Source: Candidatus Eiseniibacteriota bacterium
GTDB lineage: Bacteria > Eisenbacteria > RBG-16-71-46
Reading direction: 5' to 3'
Assembly: GCA_963744995.1 (NCBI GenBank)
Contig: CAVUWA010000004.1
Span: 605 to 64,604, forward strand
DNA: 64,000 bases
Below the pieces are notes generated by a model, which had not been told where the DNA came from, did not search any database, and worked only from the letters and a program-made list of their open reading frames with translations. The position numbers were made by a program, and so were the translations under genes. This document shows positions 1-10,226 of this stretch, one piece after another. The number at the start of each line of letters is the position of its first letter. Within the stretch, counting starts at the first letter, position 1.

Positions 1-19
1 AAAAGCGTACCGGTGAAGT

Positions 20-673
20 TCATGAGACAAGCGCCGAGCCCGACGCTATCTGGCTGTGCAGGGCGTCGAAGGACTGAACTGCCGCTTCATAAAGCCTTCG
101 CGATTGCCCGAAGCGATTGGCTCCGGAGTATGCAAGCGCCAGGTTCGCCTGGGTTCGGGGGATCTCGCGGTCTCCGGGCGGCAGCAGTTCTTTGCGAATG
201 GCAAGTACGCGTTCCTGTAATTCGATCGCAATCCCCGCGTTTCCCGCTCGGCGCTCGACGCTGGCGAGCGCGTTGAGGTCATCAGCCAGATCGAGATTGA
301 CGGGGCCATCGAGCCGTTCACGAACGTCGATGGCCTGCCTCAGAGAACTGCGGGCGGCGTCCCATCGAGATGTGTTGCGTTGAGCGCGACCCAGTGCAGT
401 GAGTGCGTCAGCGACCGTGCGATCTGTGTCGCCGTGGAGTTCCCGCCTGAGATCCACGGCCGCCGTAGCAAGCGACTCAGTGTCCGCCGGCTGTGCTGTG
501 TGCTGGCGCCATGACGCCTCCACAAGGAGGTCCAGGACGTCTGCGTAGGCACCGGAGGATGGCGGTAGTCGGCGCAATCGTCCGCGGGCTGCGGCTTCCG
601 CCTCCCGATAGAGCTGACGCGAGATGAGCGTGCGAATGGAGTCGGCAGAGGCATTGTATGGGGAGACGGGCAA
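20..673 (-). CDS. TPR-like repeat protein (TTG start; N-terminus uncertain, may continue upstream through a frameshift)
   Basis: 217-aa ORF rich in Ala/Leu/Arg helical repeats (ALAYSGANRFGQSRRLYEAAVQSFDAL..). The in-frame upstream sequence encodes a hydrophobic segment (FFAAVAIAALWFGG) but has no start codon before the TTG at 673. Confidence 0.4.
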   Translation of the reverse strand: MPVSPYNASADSIRTLISRQLYREAEAAARGRLRRLPPSSGAYADVLDLLVEASWRQHTAQPADTESLATAAVDLRRELHGDTDRTVADALTALGRAQRNTSRWDAARSSLRQAIDVRERLDGPVNLDLADDLNALASVERRAGNAGIAIELQERVLAIRKELLPPGDREIPRTQANLALAYSGANRFGQSRRLYEAAVQSFDALHSQIASGSALVS

Positions 674-1033
674 CGCGTAGCTCGGGTGGCCCCCGAACCA
701 GAGCGCGGCGATAGCGACCGCCGCGAAGAAGCGCTCGGCATGGCGTGGGGCGGCCCATGAAGTTCCTCAGAGGGGTTGTCCCTGCCAGCTTCTTCGGTGA
801 CTCGATCGGGGCTTGTTCACTCATGCTCAACTCCGTTTCACGCAGGAACACGTGTCACAAAGTCCATGTGGCAGGGACAAGCAAGTCAGCCAGCAGGAAA
901 CTACAGCGTTTGATCGAGACGGTCGACCTAGGATCCTGGTAGATAGGAGCAACGAAGGAAGCTCCGCTCGACCGCCGAATCCTATGACGCGACGCTGCAG
1001 GACCGTAAGACTCTTTGGACTGGGACAGGTGCG

Positions 1034-3468
1034 ATGCCAATGACCCTTCGACTCGTCGCCGCATGCACGGTCTGCGCCGCTCTCCTGCACGCCCCTGCAA
1101 TCGCCTCACCAGTCATCACCGAGCGAGCCCCAAACGCCACAAGCGCCATCGGGCTCCCTCCGCCACCACGCTTCTCCATCTTCGCTTCGAGAACAACCCA
1201 GACGGCGAGGCTGGCGAGACGTCCCACAGCCGCTGCCGGGCTCACGTATGAGCCAGGCATCGCCGGAAACGGCGCCTACCTCGCGCCCGGCACCCAACTC
1301 CGCTACGGCGCGTCGGGGAACATCGACGCGTTGACGGGAACCGTCGAGTTCTGGATCAAGCCGCGCTGGAACGGAAACGACGGTGCCGACCACTACGCGC
1401 TGGCTCTGGGGACTAGTGGCGGCATCCTCATTGGCAAGGATGGCGGGAACTTTTGGCGCGTGATCCTGAACCGCTTCGGCGGCGCCGGCGGGCCCGAACT
1501 TGGCGCCGGGATCTTCATCAACGATTGGGTCGCGAACCAGTGGCACCACGCGGCATTCACGTGGGGTCCAGGGGCGCTCAAGGTCTACGTGGACGGTGAG
1601 CTCAGAGCCACGACGACGCCAGGAGTTGCACCGCCGGCCGTGGCGGCGAGCGAACTCCAGCTTGGCGCCGACGGGTTCTCTGCTTACCTCGATGCCGTGA
1701 TCGACGAAGTCATGATCAGCAGCGGTGAAAGGACCGCCGAGGAAATCCGGAACAGCTTCCTCTCGGGCGTCACCGTAACCGCACTGACGGCTGCGCCGGA
1801 CACGCTGCGGATGTTCCCAACGTGGCGCATCGCTCCTACGCTGACTGCCGCTACGAACTTCGGCACCATCGCGTATCCGGCGGGGGCGGCTGCTTGGGTC
1901 AGCTCCGATTCCACAGTCGCCAAGTTTGACCGGACGCTCGAAAAGGTGAGTGCCCTGAGCCCTGGTTCGGCCATTCTGACAGCCTCTGTCAACGGGGCTT
2001 CGGACAGCATCATCGTGGAAGTGCAGGCACCAGCCCTGCCACCGGCGTTTGAGGCCATCCCGGCGTTCCTTGCCACACCCGCAGCGGACTACTACTGGCA
2101 GATTCCGGTCGTGGTCATTCGCTACCTGCCCACGGCCAACGGCACGGATCTCGACACGTCGATCAATCCGGACTTCTACGGGTTGGGGCCCATCACCCTT
2201 GCAGATCTCAAGGCACAGATCGCCACGTATGACCTGCGGGTGAAGTTCGGGCTGGAAGAGGGCAGCCGATTCAGGAACTACGCGACGCCCACCCGCCCTT
2301 CGCTCGGCTACCGGATCGTCGAGTACATCACGGTCTACGAACCCACGCCTCCCGGCAAGGTGCTCGCCCAGTCCGGCGGCTACCCGGTGTACGACGCGGA
2401 CTACTTCAGCATCTTCGAGCGGTTTGATCTCGGACACTACGTGAACGACCTGGGGGTCAAGGAAGTCTGGTTCTGGAGTAGCGGACTGGACGCGGGCTAC
2501 CCGAGCTACGACCCGGCGATTCATCGGCCGGAGAACTTCCGGACGTGGTTGGGAGTCCAACATGTCCAGCCCGCTGACGGGGGACATCTCGAACAGCAAC
2601 CGCGACAACACCGACTTGCCCGTCTACGGAAGCACGTACACGCTCTACGGCTACAACTTCCGCCGGAGTCAGGCCGAGGCGCTGCACAATCATGGCCATC
2701 AGGTGGAGGCGCTCTTCGGTCACGCCGCCACGCTTCAGGACGGCAACTCGGATCTGTTCTGGAAACAATTCGTGGGTCAGGACCGGATGGGGAACTTCGT
2801 CACCGGACGCTGCGGATGGACGCACATGCCACCGAACACGACGACCGACTACGACTACCTGAACCCAACCCTGGTTTCGAGCGACATCGCGGACTGGACG
2901 CCGGACGGGACGGGGCTGACCGAGCCAGTAAACGTAGACACCTGGGGCACCCGATCGTTCGCCTGGCCTGACGGCAACTCGAGCTTCCCGCAGCGCGTTG
3001 AAACACAGTGGTACATCCACTGGTGGCAGAGTGTTCCAGGGTATGGCAACGATATCCGGCTGGGCACGGACTACATGACGAACTGGTGGAGCTTCGTGGG
3101 GCGACTGGGATGCCAGCATCAGTGCGGGGATGGGGCTGCATTCTGGGGAGCCGACGGTGGCTGTGGAGCGCCCCGGAGATGAGGGGTTCGTGGTGGGTCT
3201 CCGTCTCGGTCCCGTGTTCCCCAACCCGGTGCGAACGGGCGCCACTGCAGCTTTTGACCTAAGAGAATCAGGAAGGGTCCGCATAGAGGTTGTCGACGTG
3301 CACGGTCGCCGAGTGCGCACGCTGGTTGATGGAATCCGCGACGCGGGGCGCCACACGGCGCGTTGGGAAATTGGTTCAGGTGCGGTGGAAGCGAAGCCCG
3401 GAATTTACTGGCTTCTCGCGACCTTCAATGGAGAGCGGGCCGCGAGTCGATTTGCGCTGGTTCGTTAG
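1034..3468 (+). CDS. Secreted LamG (concanavalin-like) / Big_2 protein with Por/T9SS-type C-terminal sorting domain; two +1 frame changes (~2540-2570 and ~3130-3170)
   Basis: Signal peptide MPMTLRLVAACTVCAALLHAPAIA. LamG-like block TVEFWIKPRWNGNDG...KVYVDGEL...DEVMISSGERTAEEI. Ig-like Big_2-type segment. The protein continues in frame 0 (2562-3182) and frame 1 (3130-3468), ending with the CTD NPVRTGATAAFDL...GIYWLLATFNGERAASRFALVR. Confidence 0.6.
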
Positions 3469-3749
3469 GGGGTCGGAAATCAGTCAAGAGTAACGGCGCG
3501 TTCTTGGCGCATGGTGCCAGTAAGCAGTTGTCTCGCGATTCCGCCTGCGCGGCCTCGGCCGGAACGACGACACTCGCGTCTGACGGTATGAACTTGCCGG
3601 AGAAATCACATCGGATTACACGTGTGGCCACGCAAGAAAGGGCGTCACAATTGCCGTTCACTCGGGACAAGTGATGCATTGGACCCACAGTAAGACGTGC
3701 AGTGGCGCGACCGAAGTCGCGAGGTAGCGAACCTGAACTGGAGACGGCC

Positions 3750-6192
3750 ATGGCAGACCGAGATCCTCGAGGTAGGGAACTCAACTCGCGAAGGCTTTGG
3801 GCTTGGGGGGCTAGGGGTAGCGTCCTGGCCATCATGCTTGGATCTGTGGCCGCCGCGACTCTGGCGCCAGCGGTGCTAGACGCGTCCACGTTTCTTCCTC
3901 CGCCGGCCGCATCGACCAAGATTGACACGAAGCGTCTCTCCCAGCTGCAGGTGAAGGACGGCGTCATCGCAATGGATGACATGCGCTTCCGAGTTGATAT
4001 GGCTATCGAGGGTGGGCTGAGTGGCACGCCCTGGCCCAATGGTGTCCTCTTCTACGACTTCGATCCGACAATCTCCATGAGCCAACAGCAACAGTGGCTC
4101 GACGCGGCCGCAGAGTGGGCGGCATACGTCGATGTATCCTTCGTCCCAGGACCTCGCAGACGACTATGGCGACATCATTGACGCCGGTGCCAACTATTCC
4201 TTTGTCGGCGTTGCAGGTTTCGCCCAAGACAGTCCATCAGAACTGGAACTCGCGCTTTACTATTGCCCACGAGATCGGACATGCCCTCGGTGCTGTGCAC
4301 GAGCAGAGCAGACCGGACCGCGATGGCTTCGTTCAGATCAACTACGGCAACGTCTGCCAGACGTGCTGCCCGACCGGATCATGCAATTACAACTTCGACA
4401 TCTGGCCTTGAACAACACCTAGGGGCCTACGACTCGAGTCCGTGATGCACTATGGTCAGTGTGCCTTTGCGGTCAACTGCCAGGGTGGGGTGAATCCCAC
4501 AATCCACCGTGCTTCCCCCCAATCAGACTCAACAGGCCCTCATCGGCCAGCGCACCCACCTCAGCCCCGATCAGCAGGGGATGGCATCGATCTATGGTTG
4601 TCGTAACCCAGCGACGCCGACCCTAGTCGCTCCGCCTGACGGCAGCACAGGGCTGACGGTTACGGGACTGCTCGACTGGAGCGACGTCCCGAACGGAACT
4701 GGCTTCGACGTTTACGTCTACTGTGGATCTGGTGGTTCAGCAATTGCGTCCGCAACCGACATCGCTTCGGAGTTCGCCTACGACCTCCCTGCAGGCGACT
4801 ATTCGTGGCGGGTGCGCAGCCACAATGCCTGCGGTACGAGCGCCCTGTCCGCGCGGTGGTATTTCACCATCGGCGCGGGCTCGCTCTGCGCGGTTCCAGT
4901 GCTACAGTCGCCGGCGAACGAAACCACATGTGTGCCGACCAGCGGCGCGTTGACCTGGGATCCCATACCGGGCGCAACCGGCTACATCCTCCAGTACACA
5001 ACGGTCCGGACGGGTCGGGACATTGTCCGACGGGACCAGACATTCCCCTTACCACCAACACGTACTCGTTCGCGAATCTTGACTGGGACCGCTCTTACTA
5101 TTGGCGCGTCCGGGAGACTGCACTTGTGCGCCGTTTTCCGAATGCTACGGCTTCAAGACCGCGCCGGATCCAGGTCGACTTCGGCGGGTGTCTCCAGTCG
5201 CCCGCCAACGGCGCTGATGATCAACCGCTTGTTGGCACCCTGGCGTGGCGAGCTCAGGACGACGCTGGCGGATATCGGATGCAACTTGGTGTCGCCTGTG
5301 CAGAGGGGAGTGAGAACGAGGTGGCCGGTGCTACGTTCGATTACTCAGGTCTGGACGAGAACACGAGATACTCTGGCGTGTGCAATACCGGGACACGTGT
5401 GGGCAGTGGTCCGATTATTCAGACTGCCGCTCCTTTACGACGGTTCAGCTGACCGGGTTCAACCGCACGTACTTCGCCACGGAGACGACCCTCGTAGTTG
5501 GACAACTAGGCGTTGCCCTGCCGGTCTTCGCAGAAAACGTCGACGAACTCGGTCGCATCGTCGTTCACTTCCGGGTTGACGAGGACGTACTTCAAATTGC
5601 TGGCTGGACACTGGAGGGAACGCGTACGGAGGGGGCGGCAAGCGTCAACGTGAGCCACAACAACAAGGACCTGATGGCAACCATCTACATGGCTCCGGGC
5701 AGTATCTGCCCGCCTAGCCTCGCGGCGGGCGACGGCCCAGTACTCAAGGTCCTCTTGAACGTCAATGCAGATGCGTCGGTTGGTCCTACGGTGATCAGAC
5801 TGGATGGCAGCAACTTCCGGGACTGTACGAACCACGATCCTTCCTTGACCTCGTTCAACGGCACCGTGCTGATCACGGATGGAACGCTGGGTATCGACCC
5901 CGGAGCCGATAACCCGGGCGCACTGGTGTTCTTGCGACCCGCTCCAAATCCAACCGCACATGGTGTGAACCTCCGATTCGCTTTGCCGACGCCAGGAATC
6001 GCGAGGTTGACGGTCAGTGACATCTCCGGGGCCACTGGGCACGTCCCTTCCAGGGATTGCTCGGCGCCGGATGGCACACGTTGTCGTGGAACGGGCGGAT
6101 TGCGTCCGGAGCAAGGGCGCCCAGCGGGATCTACTTCGTGAGAATTGAGGGCGGCGGGCAAAGCCGAACCGAGAAGGTCGTCGTAGCGCGAT
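3750..6192 (+). CDS. Astacin-family (M12A) zinc metalloprotease with FN3/PKD-like repeats and Por/T9SS-type CTD; at least 8 apparent frame changes (pseudogene or indel errors)
   Basis: Astacin signature motifs are spread over three frames. They are WPNGVLFY, DYGDIIDAGANYSFVGVAGFAQD, HEIGHALGAVHEQSRPDRDGFVQINYGNV..NYNFDI, the Met-turn VMHYGQCAF...NPTI, and ALIGQRTHLSPDQQGMASIYGC. Downstream are Ig/FN3-like repeats (YSWRVRSHNACGTS, YYWRVRE) and a terminal CTD (LRPAPNPTAHGVNLRFALPTPGIARLTVSDISG ... GIYFVRIEGGGQSRTEKVVVAR, stop 6190-6192). The start could also be GTG 3702 or ATG 3834. Confidence 0.65.
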
Positions 6193-6426
6193 GAGGAGTC
6201 GATCTGTCCACCGACACATGTTGAGTGTGTTTGATGCCCTGCCAGGCTGCAGCGAGGAAGACGGCACGGGAAAGTGCGGTGGGGCTACCCGGCGTGAGCG
6301 GCGGTGGATAGGGCGGTACATTGGGCAGTGTGCTGTGGATGCGTAGGTGGTAATTGGGGACGTTGCATCAAATGCGCATATACCGGGACGCGTTGCAGTA
6401 GTCGAGAATTGTGTGGTGGCAGAATG

Positions 6427-6500
6427 TCTGCAGGCGTGTTCTTTGTGAGCCTGACCTCTGAGGATCGCAGGATCGACGAGAGGCGCGGGGTCCTTCCCCA
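6427..6500 (+). pseudogene. Relic of a Por/T9SS-type CTD 3' end (GVFFVSLTSEDRRIDERRGVL) in the intergenic region
   Basis: The nucleotide and peptide sequence resemble the 3' end of the downstream gene (ccgggcgtgttcttcgtgagcttggcc... = PGVFFVSLAVEGRKIAQRLVVLH at 8688-8757). There is no upstream ORF body. Confidence 0.35.
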
Positions 6501-6548
6501 AGCACACTCGCCGTGGAGGGCTCGTGAGCCCTTGGAAGGAGAGTCGCC

Positions 6549-8757
6549 ATGAAGCAGCAGCGTCTTCTTTGGGGTGTTGTTATGTGGGTGCCTGTTCCCG
6601 CTGGCGGGTGCACTTACGCCCGCAGTCTCCAGTTGGGCGGGAGAATGCACGGGGAACTTCACGGAGACGTTCGCGGCCGCGAGCCTTGGCTCGTTCTGGA
6701 CTACGAACACGACGTGCGGGTCTGTTCAGGTATCCGGCGGCCGGGTCGTAGTTACAAAAACGTCCGGCTGTTCAGCTTATGGTGGGCCCAGTATCCAACA
6801 GAACCCTGCCGAAGCAGTGCTGTGCGGCGATTTCGATGTTCAGGTGGATTTTGATCTGCTGTCGTTTCCAGTCCCAGCAAGCGGGGACATCGTAGCCGGC
6901 ATCGCCTTGTACCAGGTTGGGGGGCCGTGGGCCGCAAACATCCAGCGCTACAACCGCAAACTGGGGGCCTGCAACCCAAGTACCCAGACCTACAAGGCAT
7001 TCTCGACGAATTCTTCCAACTGTAATAGCGCGGCCGTGACCTGGCAGGCTACTACTGACCAGTCGGGGAAGTTGCGCGTCACTCGGCAGGGTGCAATCAT
7101 CCAAATGTACTACTGGTCCGCGGGGGCCTGGAGTCTGATGCGAACCGACCGGTTGTCACGACGGACCTTCATGCTGTCCTCTTTCTCGTAACGAACGCAG
7201 ACATGGCGGCAGGTGGCAGTGTCGCCTACGACAACTTCCGCGTGGTGTGCTCATCGCCCCTCGACGCCGACGGAGACGGACTGCGTGACTGCTGGGAAGC
7301 AGATAGCAGGCGTACCTGTCGCCGATGGCTCGGTCTACCAGTTGCCAGGCTCGGATGTTATGCACAAGGACCTCTACGTGGAGGTGGATGCCCTCGAGGG
7401 TAGGGCGCCATCGCCTGAAGCTCTCTCTGACGTCGTGGGCAAGTTTGCGCTGCACGGAATCACACTCCACGCGACCTTAGATGAAACCGACGGCCCAGCA
7501 GTGAACTGGACACTGTGGGGGTCATTTGATTCGTACAAGGACACAGGGGGCCCCCAGGGCACGGGCCACTTTGGCACGAGCACGGAACGGGCCGGGAACT
7601 GGATGGACGTGCGTCAAGCCAAGGCTTTGGCCTATCGCTACTGCGTTTTTGCTGACACCTATGACAACGATACGAGATCAGGGAAGTGCAAGGTTCCGCT
7701 ACCCAACAGGGACTTCGTGGTCACACTTGGGGGCTGGGGCGCTACTACTCGAGACGAACAAGCCGGGACCTTCATGCACAAGCTTGGGCATGCTCTCGGT
7801 CTCCGACACGGTGGGTTCGAAGACCGTCACGGCAAGCCGAACTACTTCAGCGTCATGAACTACCTTTGGCAGACGCCTGTGCGGCTGAACAATGGATGCG
7901 GTGGGGCTTCACTTCAGCAGCTCATTGCCTACCAGAACAGCTGGGTGCTCGAATACTCCTCAGGAAATCTACTGACGCTAGACGAGAGCAATCTCAGTGA
8001 GCCTGCGGGCCTAGGTGGCGACGCGGGCAGCGTCGTTCCTGTTGGGCCACCACCCATCGCGACGCAATTCTCGCAGCTAGTGCCTATGGGCGGCCCAGTG
8101 AACTGGGACCGTGTCGGGAGCGCGACGGCGGTAGGAGTAGCTGCAGACGCCAACTACGTGATGGATTGCCTGGGCATCGAGAACGCCTCCCCGGGAGACG
8201 TTCTCGTCGACCATGACGACTGGGCTGCCCTCCAGCTAGCCGTGCCATCAGCAACGCTTCTAGCCACCTACGAGTCGCATTCGGTGACGGAACTTGACAA
8301 TGAGCTCACCCTGGAAACACTGGAAGACCTCGGGGCACTCCAGTTTGACTGCAATCTCAACAGGCTCCCGGATGCAGACGACATCTCGGCCGGACGCTCA
8401 CAGGACACGAATGGCAACGGCGTCCCGGACGAGTGCGAGGCGGGCGTAGTCGGCGTCGGCGATCAGCCCCAGGCAACGACACTGGCCCTGAGCCTGCGGC
8501 GCAATCCGGCGAGGATTGACGCGGGTGTTCTGATTGAGTTCAGCGTGCCGCGACGAGCAGCAGCAACTGTGCGGATTCACGATGTGGCCGGGGCGCTGAC
8601 CAGGACGCTCTTCGACGGCGAAGCCGATGCTGGCGCACACGTGCTGGTCTGGAACGGCGCGACAGAGTACGGCACCCGAGTATCGCCGGGCGTGTTCTTC
8701 GTGAGCTTGGCCGTCGAGGGACGCAAGATCGCCCAGCGCCTGGTTGTGCTGCATTAG
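6549..8757 (+). CDS. Secreted metzincin-like (M43/M10-like) protein with thrombospondin-type-3 Ca-binding repeat and Por/T9SS-type CTD; catalytic Glu replaced by Lys (HKLGHALGLRH); frame changes near 6575 and 7190-7215
   Basis: RBS AAGGAG 8 nt before ATG 6549 (MKQQRLLWGVV...). N-terminal jelly-roll-like domain. DADGDGLRDCWE motif. Zinc-site-like TFMHKLGHALGLRHGGF followed by SVMNYL (Met-turn-like). C-terminal ALSLRRNPARIDAGVLIEFSVP...GVFFVSLAVEGRKIAQRLVVLH. Confidence 0.55.
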
Positions 8758-8960
8758 TTGAATCGCCGCAATGGTCCAACGTCACGGATATGGCCCGGTG
8801 GGAGGCAGGTACTCCGCTCATGGGGCTAGTCCGGACCTCAGACTACCCACTCAGACAGCACCATGTATCGGGGGCCAGGTCAGTCTCTGCGGACTGTGTC
8901 ACTTTTGTGCTAGTTCTATCGGAAAACATCGGTTTCTACGGGTCCCGACGAGCAGGGTGA

Positions 8961-9420
8961 TTGACGCATATAGTCCCTATTAGCAATGACGTTACCGGAT
9001 CCGTCGACATGTGCCGTTTTCGCCGTCTTCGCATTCAACTTCCAGTGGGCGTGGTCGAGCGGGACGGTGGCCGGGCGGGGCGCCGCCCGGGGGGATCGGT
9101 GATCCTCGGAGCCATGGAGGCTACCGTGCGATCCACCTGGCGGTGCCGGAGGTGAGACCGCACGCCCTGCTGCCGGTGTGCTCCCGGGGAACCCGCCCGT
9201 CGTTTCATGGGTCGCCACCCGGTCGCTGACGGCATTGTGATGCTCCGCCGCCCCCGCTGTTGCCGGCCCTGGCAGGTGGTCGGTACATTCGCCGGGTGCG
9301 ACCATCGAGAAATGATCGCGGATGAAGACCTGCACCGTCATGCGATCGAGAACTTCGAGCGGGTGGACGCGCTGCTCTTCGGCCGCGTCATCCACGAAAT
9401 GATGGAAGCCGCGTGGCGGT
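8961..9420 (+). pseudogene. Degraded fragment of a RibD_C/DHFR-family (YwjB-like) reductase gene
   Basis: The peptide EDLHRHAIENFERVDALLFGRVIHEMMEAAWRF matches the family core (..LLLGRVTYEMMA.YWP). An upstream piece, FRRLRIQLPVGVVERDGG, resembles the N-terminal M.KLI..VSLDG.I..DG motif in another frame. The expected C-terminal ~100 aa are missing, and the GNAT gene starts at 9555. The region around 8860-9010 has lower GC. Confidence 0.3.
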
Positions 9421-9554
9421 TCCGGAGCGGTGGCGATGGGTTTCGAGCCCCGCGGATAGCCTGCCTTCGGGCATCCCCTGCCCTGGCCGCCTGCCGGGGG
9501 CAAGGGAGTTGCCCGAGCAGCCCCGTCGAATCATCGCCGAGCGGACAAGGGAAC

Positions 9555-10142
9555 ATGGGAAAGATGGATCGCGAATCGGCGCAACGGTTCCGGATCGAGA
9601 CGGAGTCGCTCGTCCTGAGGCCTTTTGAACTCGAGGATGCGGCCGCCGTGTACGCACTGAGCAACGAACCCGCGTCCCGACAGTGGCTCCCCAGCCAGGT
9701 TCAAGCCGATGAGGCCGAAGCACGAGAGCTTCTCGAATCCCTGATCGAGCAGTACACAGCACCCGCCGATCCTCGACGCGGACCCTTTGTCCTCGCGATC
9801 GACCACCGGGGTGACGGCACGCTCATCGGGCACGTCGGACTGAGCCCGTTCGACGGAGACGTCGAGATCGGTTTCGCGGTGGCGGAGGCATACCAGCGGC
9901 AGGGGCTTGGTGTGGAAGCGGTCATCGCGGCGTGTCGCTGGGCCTTTGAGCGATTCGGATTGTCGAGGATTCTGGCCATCGCCGCGCGGTCGAACCAGGG
10001 CTCGAGAAAGGTCCTTGCGCGGGCCGGATTCGAGCACCGGGAGGACCGTGTCATGTGTTTCCAGGCGGTGGAGCAACCGGTCAGCGTATATGGTCTACTT
10101 GGGCCAGGAGCCGCGACGAAAGAGGCAGATCGTACCGACTAG
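9555..10142 (+). CDS. GNAT family N-acetyltransferase (RimJ/RimL-like)
   Basis: LVLRPFELEDAAAVYAL...IGHVGL...EIGFAVAEAYQRQGLGVEAV..WAFERFGLSRILAIAARSNQGSRKVLARAGF. Confidence 0.75.
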   Translation: MGKMDRESAQRFRIETESLVLRPFELEDAAAVYALSNEPASRQWLPSQVQADEAEARELLESLIEQYTAPADPRRGPFVLAIDHRGDGTLIGHVGLSPFDGDVEIGFAVAEAYQRQGLGVEAVIAACRWAFERFGLSRILAIAARSNQGSRKVLARAGFEHREDRVMCFQAVEQPVSVYGLLGPGAATKEADRTD

Positions 10143-10226
10143 CTTGCCGCTGCAGTCGACTCGGTGCCAGGTCGCGGCTGCCCGTGCGGCCGCGTCGCTC
10201 CGCAGCGAGCCGCCGAAGGACCTTCC

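Noticed and set aside
1106-2611. 501-aa minus-strand ORF antisense to the LamG gene. Many similar long ORFs behave the same way: 23573-25939 (-) 788 aa, 26097-28022 (-) 641 aa, 17048-18331 (-), 38398-41193 (+) 931 aa, 36704-39070 (+) 788 aa, 48275-49550 (+), 51081-52598 (+), 19921-21213 (-), 31862-33280 (-), 34911-36332 (-), 56340-58031 (-), 60381-62633 (-)
   Set aside because: Their composition is Arg/Ala/Gly/Pro-rich and low-complexity, which is typical of off-frame or antisense translation of 70 % GC DNA. Each overlaps a gene with clear motifs on the other strand or frame.
8916-9503. 195-aa minus-strand ORF
   Set aside because: The plus strand of the same region carries a recognisable RibD_C-family fragment. 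The minus-strand translation is low-complexity.
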